Assembly (NCBI GenBank): GCA_965204755.1
Contig: OZ242011.1
Span: 1,280,001-1,344,000, forward strand
Length of the DNA stretch: 64,000 nucleotides
Origin: Candidatus Marinacidobacterium sp.
Lineage (GTDB): Bacteria; Acidobacteriota; Vicinamibacteria; Marinacidobacterales; Marinacidobacteraceae
Direction of reading: 5' to 3'
The notes under the pieces are model-generated. The model worked only from the letters and a program-made list of their open reading frames with translations, was not told the DNA's origin and did no database searches. Both the position numbers and the translations under genes were made by a program. Of this stretch, positions 1-8,298 are shown piece after piece (the stretch's first letter is position 1; every line of letters starts with the position of its first letter).

Positions 1-2
1 TC

Positions 3-605
3 ACGCTGAAAGAGACCCAGTTGCAGTCGTTTTGGAAGAAGGAGCCGGAGCAGTTCTTCCGGGACACCTCGGCGCGCATCTACCTGTTCCGGGGAGTCAC
101 CGACAACAGCCTGCGGCACGGACTCGCCTGGGACTTCATCCGGCTCGGCAGGTTCATGGAGCGGATCCAGATCACCGCGGAGATCCTGGAGGTGCACCTT
201 CCCGGCCTCTCGGAACAGGGCGACCACATCGACTGGGCGTTGCTCCTGCGCAACTGCGCCAGTTTCGAGCCCTTCTGCAAGCACCATACGGCCGTGCTCC
301 GGCCGGACCGGGTCATGGAATTCCTGATGTACGAACCGGAGTCGCCGCACACCCTCCGGTTCGCCGCCGAAGAGATCCGGAACGGGTTGAACCGCATCGA
401 CCCGGCCGGCGGCGCCCGGCACCCGCTCCACTCGGCGCACCGGCTGGCCGGGCAACTGCGCGCCCTCCTCGCGTACAGCCCGACCCGGAGCGACGCCCTC
501 GCCGCTACGCTGGGTGAAGTGCGCGGCCTCAGCCGCGACCTCCACAACGAGATCTACTCGCGGTACATCAACTACACCGCCGATCAAGTGCTCCAGTTCT
601 CCTGA
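3..605 (+). CDS. Alpha-E domain protein (DUF403-like), 5'-truncated by the window edge
   Basis: Frame is open from the window edge. It has the LGRFMER motif and a W..LLR...S...F / P.(S/T)L.F pattern typical of alpha-E proteins, and lies directly upstream of a transglutaminase gene, the usual arrangement. Confidence 0.85.
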   Translation, partial: TLKETQLQSFWKKEPEQFFRDTSARIYLFRGVTDNSLRHGLAWDFIRLGRFMERIQITAEILEVHLPGLSEQGDHIDWALLLRNCASFEPFCKHHTAVLRPDRVMEFLMYEPESPHTLRFAAEEIRNGLNRIDPAGGARHPLHSAHRLAGQLRALLAYSPTRSDALAATLGEVRGLSRDLHNEIYSRYINYTADQVLQFS

Positions 606-616
606 CCGATCCCCCG

Positions 617-1558
617 ATGCCAAAGACCCGAGAAGCCGCCCTCTACCAGATCGAGCACTTCACGGCCTTCGAATACGAAGAGCCGGTGCGCGAGACCTTC
701 ATGACGGTGTTCTTGAAGCCCAAGAGCAGCCCTACGCAACAACTGGAGGCGTTCTCGATCACCACGAACCCCGGCGCCGAACTCTCCTCCTACGAGGATT
801 CGTTCGGAAACACCGCGCACTTCTTCGATGTCCCGGGAAAGCACGACCGGTTGACCGTGAAGGCGGAGTCCGTGGTCGCCGTCCATCCCTCCGGGTCGGA
901 ACCGGTGACGGAAGAGGCCTCACCCGAACCGGACGAGCAGCCGGACTGGGACGCGCTCAAGGAACTCCACACGCCGCGGCTGTGGCACTACCTGAACGGC
1001 ACCGACCTCACCCGGCCGACACCCACGCTGGCCAACTTCCTGCGGCAGGAAGAGATCGAGCGCGGCGCGACGCCGCTCGACTCCATCCGGGAGTTGACCC
1101 GGCGCATCCCGGAGGCGCTCTCGTTCCGCGCCGGAAGCACCCGGGTGGACTCCCCGATCGACGACGCGCTCACCGCGAAGAGCGGCGTCTGCCAGGACTT
1201 CGCGCACCTGATGCTGGCGGTCGTGCGGGGCTGGGGCATCCCGGCGCGGTACATTTCCGGGTATGTGTTCCCGTACCCCGGCGAGACCGCGGCGAGCCAT
1301 GCGTGGGTGGAATGCCTGCTCCCCGGTTTCGGCTGGGTCGAGGCCGACCCGGCGAACGGCGTCCGCCCCGGGGCGCAGCACATCCGGCTGGCCGCGGGCC
1401 GGGACTACCGGGATGTGCCGCCCACCCGAGGCCACTTCCTCGCCGCGACGCGCGAGGAGTTGACCGTGAATGTCCGGATCAGCGCGCTCGACGGCGCCTA
1501 TCGCCCGGAGGGGGAACGCCCGGCGTCCGCCGCCGGCAACGGAATTTCCGGGGCGTAA
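617..1558 (+). CDS. Transglutaminase-like protein (Bact_transglu_N plus transglutaminase core)
   Basis: Catalytic motifs GVCQDFAH, ARYISGY, SHAWVE, DPAN and GRDYRDVPP; N-terminal DSFGN motif. Confidence 0.93.
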   Translation: MPKTREAALYQIEHFTAFEYEEPVRETFMTVFLKPKSSPTQQLEAFSITTNPGAELSSYEDSFGNTAHFFDVPGKHDRLTVKAESVVAVHPSGSEPVTEEASPEPDEQPDWDALKELHTPRLWHYLNGTDLTRPTPTLANFLRQEEIERGATPLDSIRELTRRIPEALSFRAGSTRVDSPIDDALTAKSGVCQDFAHLMLAVVRGWGIPARYISGYVFPYPGETAASHAWVECLLPGFGWVEADPANGVRPGAQHIRLAAGRDYRDVPPTRGHFLAATREELTVNVRISALDGAYRPEGERPASAAGNGISGA

Positions 1559-1624
1559 CGGGCCCCGACGACCGAATGGGATGGACGAGATCGGCCCGAC
1601 CGCCCATCCCCACGCGAACGCCGA

Positions 1625-2104
1625 ATGACCGACTCCGCGCCGAGCGGCGCCGACGCGGCGGCGCCCGTGTCCTTCTCGCGCGAGATCGCCGCTGATCTCC
1701 AGGAACTCAGCCGGCTCACGGAGGAACTCGAGGAGTTTTCCGAGACGCATGGAGTCCAACCGGCGCAGGCCCAGCGCGTCACCCTCTCGGTGGACGAGTT
1801 GGTCACGAACATCATCAACTACGGCTCGCCGGACGGCTCGAGCGGGGCGATTCATGTCCGGGTCGAAGTCGCCGCCGGCGCGGTCCGAATCGAAATCGAA
1901 CACAAGGGCTTCCCGTTCAATCCATTCGAGGAAGTCGCCGCCCCGGACACCAGTCTGCCGCTCGAAGAGAGACCGATCGGCGGGCTGGGCGTATTCCTGG
2001 TCAAGTCCCTCATGACCAGTGTTCACTACGAACACCAAAACGGCAGGAACCTGGTCGTTCTCACCCGGTCGTTGGACGACGCCGGGAAGGAGGAAACCTC
2101 ATGA
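1625..2104 (+). CDS. Anti-sigma factor / RsbW-like GHKL kinase
   Basis: Motifs DELVTNIINYG, PFNP and GGLGVFLVKSLM; overlaps (ATGA) the STAS gene. Confidence 0.9.
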   Translation: MTDSAPSGADAAAPVSFSREIAADLQELSRLTEELEEFSETHGVQPAQAQRVTLSVDELVTNIINYGSPDGSSGAIHVRVEVAAGAVRIEIEHKGFPFNPFEEVAAPDTSLPLEERPIGGLGVFLVKSLMTSVHYEHQNGRNLVVLTRSLDDAGKEETS

Positions 2105-2439
2105 ACCTCACCGACGAGACCAAGAACGGAGTCATCGTCTTCTCCCCGGAAGGCCGGATCGACACCCGGTCGAGCAGCGCCTTCGAACAGGGCGTGATGG
2201 CGCGAGTGGACGGCGCCGAAGGCCCCGTCAACATCGTGATGAACTTCACGAAACTCGACTACATCAACAGCACCGGGATGCGCGTGCTGTTGATCCTGGC
2301 GAAGCGCCTCTCCGGTCTCAACGGGAAACTGGTCCTGTGCGAGATGAAGGAGCACATCCTGGAGGTGTTCAAGATCAGCGGGTTCAACCAGATCCTGAAG
2401 ATCGTCGGCACCGAAGACGAAGCGCTGGCGGAGTTCTGA
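2101..2439 (+). CDS. STAS-domain anti-anti-sigma factor (RsbV-like)
   Basis: Motifs GRIDT, LDYINSTGMRVLL and EVFKISGF; paired with the upstream RsbW-like gene. Confidence 0.92.
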   Translation: MNLTDETKNGVIVFSPEGRIDTRSSSAFEQGVMARVDGAEGPVNIVMNFTKLDYINSTGMRVLLILAKRLSGLNGKLVLCEMKEHILEVFKISGFNQILKIVGTEDEALAEF

Positions 2440-3428
2440 TCCGGCCGGCTCTTCGGGGGGCGGGCCCGACGGCCGCCCTCCTTGCCGGCGTCGGCCTCGC
2501 GGCCGGCGGAGGGCTCCCCGCGTGCGGCGGCGGGGGCACCGCGCCCCCGCCGCCCACCGCTCCCGAGCCGGCGCCGGTCGGAGGGGGCGTGGTGGCCCCG
2601 TTCGGCGGAGACCGGTTGGTGGAACACCGGATCGGCGGCGCCCGTCCGGCCCGCCTCCTGGTTCCCGCCGGAACCGGCCCTTCGACCCCCCTGCCGCTGG
2701 TGGTCAACCTCCACGGCTTCGGCAGCGACGGCCGGCAGCAGGATCTCTACTTCGGGATGTCACCGCGCGCGGCGGAGGCCGGTTTCGCCCTGGTGAGCCC
2801 GGACGGGACGCAGAACGGCGAGGGGCTGCGTTTCTGGAACGCGACCGACTACTGCTGCGACCTCGAGGGCGCCGGGGTGGACGATGTGGGCTACCTCGCC
2901 GACCTCGTCGAGGATGCCGAGCAGTTCTTCGCCGTTCGCGGCGTCTTCCTCACCGGGATGTCCAACGGCGGCTTCATGGCGTATCGGGCGGCGTGCGACG
3001 GCGCCGTGCCCGGCTTGACCGGCGTCATGGTGGTCGCCGGATCCTCGTGGTACGACGCCTCCCGCTGCGCTTCGCCTTCCGAGGTCTCCGTCCTCCATCT
3101 CCACGGCACGAAGGACGGGACGATCGGGTTCGACGGCTGGACGCCGCGGCCCGGCCCCAAGGGGGACGCCGGCCACCCCGGGGCCGAGGAGGTCGTCCGC
3201 CGCTGGGCCGAACGCGCCGGCTGCGACCCGACCCCGGCCGAATCCCCGGACGCCCTCGACCTGGACTTCGAAACGCCCGGCGCCGAGACCCGCATCCGCC
3301 GCTACCGCGGCTGCCGCGGCGGCCGCGCCGTCGAACTCTGGGTCATGAACGGCTCCGGCCATGTCCCGGACTTCGGCGGCGGTCTCGGCCGCCGCCTCGC
3401 CGACTGGATCACCCTCCGCCGGCGGTAG
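2436..3428 (+). CDS. Lipoprotein alpha/beta-hydrolase (LpqC / PHB-depolymerase-like esterase); start uncertain, probably CTG
   Basis: Motifs VNLHG, GMSNGG nucleophile elbow, HLHGTKD and C-terminal GH; lipobox-like LPAC. No ATG/GTG/TTG lies between the upstream stop and the lipobox; an in-frame CTG overlaps the TGA at 2437-2439. Confidence 0.8.
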   Translation: MIRPALRGAGPTAALLAGVGLAAGGGLPACGGGGTAPPPPTAPEPAPVGGGVVAPFGGDRLVEHRIGGARPARLLVPAGTGPSTPLPLVVNLHGFGSDGRQQDLYFGMSPRAAEAGFALVSPDGTQNGEGLRFWNATDYCCDLEGAGVDDVGYLADLVEDAEQFFAVRGVFLTGMSNGGFMAYRAACDGAVPGLTGVMVVAGSSWYDASRCASPSEVSVLHLHGTKDGTIGFDGWTPRPGPKGDAGHPGAEEVVRRWAERAGCDPTPAESPDALDLDFETPGAETRIRRYRGCRGGRAVELWVMNGSGHVPDFGGGLGRRLADWITLRRR

Positions 3429-3459
3429 GCGGCGCGCCCGGGGCGCCGGGCCGACCGGC

Positions 3460-4107
3460 CTACGCGGGCGGTTCGCCGGTCGGGCGTTCCGCTTCGGCCG
3501 GCCCGGGGTCCGCGCCGCCCGGGTCCCGCCCGTAGATCGGTTCGTCCTCGATGGGCTCCAGGTACTTCTCCACCCCCGGAGGCCCCAGCCGCCGCAGCGC
3601 GACGGTGCGCCCCTTGGAGAGCCACGCGGAGGCCCCCACCCGGACGAACATCTCCACTTCCACATCCTCCCAGAGTTCGCTGGAGAACATCCGGGCGGGA
3701 GAGTCCTTGGACAGGTAGTTGGAATCGGCGCGCAGGGTGTGCTCGACGCTGGCCTCGCCGGGCCGGAGCGGCCCCTCGGAAACGGAGTGGAGGTAACCGG
3801 TGCCCCAAGCCTCCTCCGGCGCGGACTCCCGGCGGAACACCGACATCACCTGGACATACTGGATGGGCTCCTCGTTCCGGTTCCGCAACCGGAAACGCAC
3901 CGCCGGCCGAATGTAGTTGTTGCCCTCGGTGTCCTGGCCGCGCACGGCCCAGTAAGCCACGAGGTCGGCCACCTCCATCCCGGCCGCATTCTCGTCCGCG
4001 CCCGCGTCGGTGCAGGCCGCGAGAACGAACAGGGCCAGCGGCGCCGAGAGCGCGAATGCCGCCGCTGCCGCAGCGGGCGAAGCAGCCGAAAAGCGCCGAA
4101 AACGCAT
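3460..4107 (-). CDS. Hypothetical lipoprotein
   Basis: C-terminal part of ORF 3460..5832 from the ATG at 4107: basic N-terminus, hydrophobic stretch, lipobox LAAC, then globular composition. Confidence 0.7.
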   Translation of the reverse strand: MRFRRFSAASPAAAAAAFALSAPLALFVLAACTDAGADENAAGMEVADLVAYWAVRGQDTEGNNYIRPAVRFRLRNRNEEPIQYVQVMSVFRRESAPEEAWGTGYLHSVSEGPLRPGEASVEHTLRADSNYLSKDSPARMFSSELWEDVEVEMFVRVGASAWLSKGRTVALRRLGPPGVEKYLEPIEDEPIYGRDPGGADPGPAEAERPTGEPPA

Positions 4108-4139
4108 GGAACGAGCCTCCGGGAACACGGTTTTCGGCC

Positions 4140-4147
4140 AGTATAAT
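4140..4147. promoter_or_regulatory. Overlapping divergent -10 boxes (TATAAT on +, TATACT on -)
   Basis: AGTATAAT in a GC-rich spacer between the divergent genes starting at 4107(-) and 4258(+). Confidence 0.6.
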
Positions 4148-4257
4148 GACCGGCTGACGCGGCTGCCGTCCGGTCGCCGAGCCCGTCCCGCGAGACGGGT
4201 TCGACGGGCCGGTCGTCGAGTGGCGGCCGTAGTTTCGCGAGCGTCGGATCGGCCGTT

Positions 4258-5298
4258 TTGGAACCCGTTGTCCTGGTCGACCGGGTCTCCAAGAGATACG
4301 GCGCGGCGCTCGCCGTCCGTGACCTGAGTTTCTCGGTCGAAAAGGGCGAAGTGCTGGGCCTGCTGGGGCCGAACGGCGCCGGAAAGACGACCACCATGCG
4401 GGTCATCGCCGGCTTCATGCCGCCGAGCGAGGGGCGGGTGCTCGTCTCGGGGGCCGATCCGTCCGTCGAGCCGCTCGCGGCGCGGCGCAAGATCGGGTAC
4501 CTGCCGGAGTCGCCTCCGCTCTACCCGGAGATGGAAGTGGCGGGCTACCTGGAGTTCGCCGCGCGGCTGCGGGGCGTCGCGCCGAAGCGGGCCGCCGCCG
4601 CGGTGGATCGGGTCGTCGAGCAGTGCGCGCTCGGCGAGGCCCGCGGCCGGCTGATCGGGAAACTGAGCCGGGGTTACCGCCAACGCGTGGGTTTGGCGCA
4701 GGCCCTGGTGCATGACCCCGACGCGCTCATCCTCGACGAACCCACTTCCGGGCTCGATCCGAAACAGATCCACGAAACCCGGGAACTGGTGCGCGGCCTG
4801 GCCGGCGACCGCACCATCGTCCTCTCGACGCACATCCTTCCGGAAGTCGCCGCCACTTGTGACCGGGTGGTGATCATCAGCCGGGGCCGGCTGCGGGCGG
4901 AGGACACGCCGGAGCGGCTGGCTGCGGACTTGAGGCGGCGGCGCGAGGCGGACGAACCGGCGGCCAGGATCGAGATCGAGACCGCCGCGCCCGCGGACGC
5001 CGCGGTCGAGAAACTGCGGGAAACCGCCGGCGTCACTCTCGTCGCCGCCGGCCCGAAGACGCCCGAAGGCGCCGTCGTCCTGCAGATCGAGACCCGCGGC
5101 AGCGAGGACCGCCGCTCGGAACTCGCCCGAACGGTTCTCGACTCGGGCCGTCCGCTCCTGGGGCTGCGGAAGACGACCGCGAGTCTGGAGGAGGTCTTTC
5201 TCGAACTGACCACCGACGAACCGGCGGTGGAACCCGTGGGCGACGAGGACGCCGACGGCGCCGAACCGACGGAAGGCGCGTCGGCCCGGTCCGGATGA
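4258..5298 (+). CDS. ABC transporter ATP-binding protein (GldA-like)
   Basis: Walker A GPNGAGKTT, signature LSRGYRQR, Walker B LILDEPT and H-loop LSTH; TTG start. Confidence 0.93.
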   Translation: MEPVVLVDRVSKRYGAALAVRDLSFSVEKGEVLGLLGPNGAGKTTTMRVIAGFMPPSEGRVLVSGADPSVEPLAARRKIGYLPESPPLYPEMEVAGYLEFAARLRGVAPKRAAAAVDRVVEQCALGEARGRLIGKLSRGYRQRVGLAQALVHDPDALILDEPTSGLDPKQIHETRELVRGLAGDRTIVLSTHILPEVAATCDRVVIISRGRLRAEDTPERLAADLRRRREADEPAARIEIETAAPADAAVEKLRETAGVTLVAAGPKTPEGAVVLQIETRGSEDRRSELARTVLDSGRPLLGLRKTTASLEEVFLELTTDEPAVEPVGDEDADGAEPTEGASARSG

Positions 5299-5813
5299 GC
5301 GGGCAGACGATCCGGGCGCCGACGCTTCGGGTAGGCGGGAAGTTCCGCGCCCGGGTGTTCGGCGCCGGCAGCGAAGCCGCGCGGGCGAGCGTGCGGTCCG
5401 CCCTGATCCGGCAACTGGCCGGTTCCTCGAGCGGGGGCGAGCCGGTGACCGTCCGGTTCGAGCGGTTCGTCCTCGAACTGACCACCGCGGCGGGGAGTCG
5501 GAAGATCTCGCGGGAGGACCTGACGGTCCGGCTGGACCTGGGCGACGCCGGCGGCGTCGCCGGCGCCGCGCCGCAGCCCGTCGCGACCGAAGGCGGCAAC
5601 GGGAGCGCGGTCCCGCGGGCGGCGCCCGAGTCCTACCGAGGCGACGACTTCCTGCGGATCCTGGTGAAGATGATGGTGCTGGTGTGGGCGATGGGGGACG
5701 AGGAAGTCGAAGACGACGAGGGGAACCCGGACGCGGATTCCGGGGACGACGGAGCAGACGGGGACGCCGAACCGGAGGAAGGCGGCGGCGAAGGCATGTT
5801 CGGGCTGTTCTGA
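5295..5813 (+). CDS. Hypothetical protein with acidic C-terminal tail
   Basis: Translationally coupled on both sides (ATGA at 5295, TGATG at 5811); no family recognised. Confidence 0.65.
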   Translation: MSGQTIRAPTLRVGGKFRARVFGAGSEAARASVRSALIRQLAGSSSGGEPVTVRFERFVLELTTAAGSRKISREDLTVRLDLGDAGGVAGAAPQPVATEGGNGSAVPRAAPESYRGDDFLRILVKMMVLVWAMGDEEVEDDEGNPDADSGDDGADGDAEPEEGGGEGMFGLF

Positions 5814-6586
5814 TGCGCGCCGCCCTCACCATCGCCCGGCGGGAGATCGGCAGCGCCCTCGCTTCGCCGGTCGCGTACGCGCTCTTCGGCGCGTTCGCCT
5901 TCCTCTACGGCTACTTCTTCTCGGACTACCTCGCCAGTTTCGTGGAAGCGGGAATGCGCATGACGCAGACCGGCGGTCTCGGGGGCGGCGTGTTGAATGT
6001 GAACGCCGACCTGATCCGCTGGCTCACGGCGAGCGCCGCCGTTCTGGTGCTGTTCCTGTTGCCGCTCCTCACCATGCGCACGATCGCCGAAGAGGTCCGC
6101 TCCGGAACGCTCGAACTCCTCCTGACGGCGCCGGTGACCGACGGCCAGATCGTCCTCGGCAAATTCTTCGCGGCGCTCTCGCTCTACGGGGTGATGCTCG
6201 TCCTGTCCGGCCCGCACCTCGGCGTGCTGTTCTTCTATTCCCGGCCGGACTTCCTGCCGGTGCTCTCCGGCTACCTCGGCCTCCTGCTGCTCGGCGCGGC
6301 GGTCGTCGCGCTCGGACTGTTCTTCTCCAGCCTGACCCGGAACCAAGTCGTCGCCGGACTGCTCACTTTCGGCGCCGTGCTCATGCTCTGGCTGCTGGAG
6401 TTCGCCGGACAGCGGGCCGGAGGCGCCGGGCGGTTCTTCGCCTACCTCTCGGTGACCGGCCACCTGGACGCCTTCGCCCGAGGCGTCGTCGCCACGCGCG
6501 ACCTGGTCTATTACCTCTCCTTCATCGCCTTCTTCCTGTTCCTCACCCGGGAGTCGCTGCGCTCCCGGCGCTGGCGGACTTCATGA
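5813..6586 (+). CDS. ABC-2 type permease (GldF-like)
   Basis: Motifs MRTIAEE..SGTLELLLTAP and IVLGKF, about six TM segments; ATG at 5813 within ORF 5684..6586. Confidence 0.9.
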   Translation: MRAALTIARREIGSALASPVAYALFGAFAFLYGYFFSDYLASFVEAGMRMTQTGGLGGGVLNVNADLIRWLTASAAVLVLFLLPLLTMRTIAEEVRSGTLELLLTAPVTDGQIVLGKFFAALSLYGVMLVLSGPHLGVLFFYSRPDFLPVLSGYLGLLLLGAAVVALGLFFSSLTRNQVVAGLLTFGAVLMLWLLEFAGQRAGGAGRFFAYLSVTGHLDAFARGVVATRDLVYYLSFIAFFLFLTRESLRSRRWRTS

Positions 6587-8199
6587 GCGCCCGGGAGGCC
6601 GGCCGGCTGCGGGCGGCTCGCCGCGCCCTCGCCCGCCGGAGCGCCCGGGAGGGCGCGAATGTCTCCGCGACAGCGCTCCTGCTCCTCGCGATGGCCGCCG
6701 GAGTCAACTACCTGGCCGACCGCCGGAATGTGTCCTGGGACTGGACGAGCGGCGGCCAGTTCAGTTTGGCGCCGCAGACGCTGCGCATCCTCGAGGAACT
6801 CGACCGGGAAGTGCGCCTGGTCGTCCTCGACGAGCCGCGCGCCGCCGCTCCGGTCATCGAACTGTTCGAGCGGTACGCCGACCGGAGCGATCGAATCACC
6901 TGGGAGGTCATCGACCAGGAAGCGGAGCCGGCCCGCGCCCGGGCCTACCGGGCGAGCGCCGAAGCCGGTATCCCGTTCGGCACGGTGGTCGTAACCGCCG
7001 GAGACCGGCGGGAGCGGGCCGCCGCGCCCCGGGAGCAGGACATCACCGGCGCGATCATCCGACTCCTGAGCGAGGACATCGACCGGATCTACTTCACGAC
7101 CGGACACCGCGAACGGTCGCTGGACGAGAGCGGCGCCGGCGGCCTCTCCGCGATCCGCTCCCGCCTCGTGGAGGCGAACTACGAGGTCTCCGAACTGGCG
7201 CTCCTCGAAACCGCGGCCGAGGGGCGGATCTCGATTCCCGGCGATGCGGCGGCGGTCGTCGTGGCCGGCCCCCGGCTGGACCTGTTTCCGGCGGAGGCCG
7301 AGGCGCTCGCCGCCCACTTGCGAGACGGCGGCAAAGTGATGCTCCTGGTGGATCCGCCGGAGCGGCTCGGGGCGGACGACGAGCGTTCCGAGTTGCGGGA
7401 CCTCGCCGGCGAGTTCGGGATCGTCGCCGCCGGCGATGTGGTGATCGACGCGAGCGGGGTCGGCCAACTGTTCGGGTTCGGGGTGGAGGCGCCCCTCGCC
7501 GCCTCGTACGGATTCCACCCGATCACGCGAGGCTTCGAGACCGCGGCCGCCGTGTTTCCGCTGGCGCAGAGCCTGATCGTCCCGGAACTCTCCGAACGAC
7601 CGGACGGGGTCACGCTCTCCGAACTGGTGATGACCTCCGAAGTGAGTTGGGGCGAGCGGGACGGGGAAGAGATCGCGAGCGGCGAAGTGGCGCCGGACGA
7701 CGAAGATCGCCGGGGGCCGTTGACCTTGGCTTGGGCGGCGCGGATCGCCCCCGAGGAGGACGGCGAACCGGACGGCGAACCGGACGGCGGCGGGGCGGAC
7801 GCGGCGCCGGACGACGCCGGCGGCGCCGCCTCTTCCGGGGAAGCCCCGGAGAACGCGCCGGAAGTTCCTCCCGGGCGGCGGGAGACGGCGGCGGACGAAG
7901 CGGAACCGGCGATGGACGAATCCGCCCCGAGCGACGGCCGGCTGGTCGTCGTCGGCGACACGGACTTCATCGCGAACAACCTGGCGCTCGCGCCGCTGGG
8001 GAACGCGGACCTGTTCCTGAACATGGTGAACTGGCTCACCGAGGACGAAGGGCTCATCGCCATCCGTCCGCGCGACCCGGAGGATCGGCGCATCACCATG
8101 ACCGCCGGACAGTTGCGGAATGTCGTGCTGGCGTCGCTGGTGTTCTGGCCGGGGTTCTTCCTCGTCTGGGGAATCGCCGTCTGGTGGTCGCGCCGCTGA
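6583..8199 (+). CDS. GldG-like ABC auxiliary protein
   Basis: Motifs WDWT...FSL, IYFTTGHRE, GRLVVVGDTDF and NADLFLNMVNWL; N- and C-terminal TM helices. Confidence 0.88.
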   Translation: MSAREAGRLRAARRALARRSAREGANVSATALLLLAMAAGVNYLADRRNVSWDWTSGGQFSLAPQTLRILEELDREVRLVVLDEPRAAAPVIELFERYADRSDRITWEVIDQEAEPARARAYRASAEAGIPFGTVVVTAGDRRERAAAPREQDITGAIIRLLSEDIDRIYFTTGHRERSLDESGAGGLSAIRSRLVEANYEVSELALLETAAEGRISIPGDAAAVVVAGPRLDLFPAEAEALAAHLRDGGKVMLLVDPPERLGADDERSELRDLAGEFGIVAAGDVVIDASGVGQLFGFGVEAPLAASYGFHPITRGFETAAAVFPLAQSLIVPELSERPDGVTLSELVMTSEVSWGERDGEEIASGEVAPDDEDRRGPLTLAWAARIAPEEDGEPDGEPDGGGADAAPDDAGGAASSGEAPENAPEVPPGRRETAADEAEPAMDESAPSDGRLVVVGDTDFIANNLALAPLGNADLFLNMVNWLTEDEGLIAIRPRDPEDRRITMTAGQLRNVVLASLVFWPGFFLVWGIAVWWSRR

Positions 8200-8298
8200 A
8201 CCGTCCGCCGGCCCCGAGGAAAACGCCGGCGACGCCGTGGAGGGCGCCGGGCCGCGGGAAGCCGGTACCCCGGAACCGAAGGTCCTGAAACGAACGCC

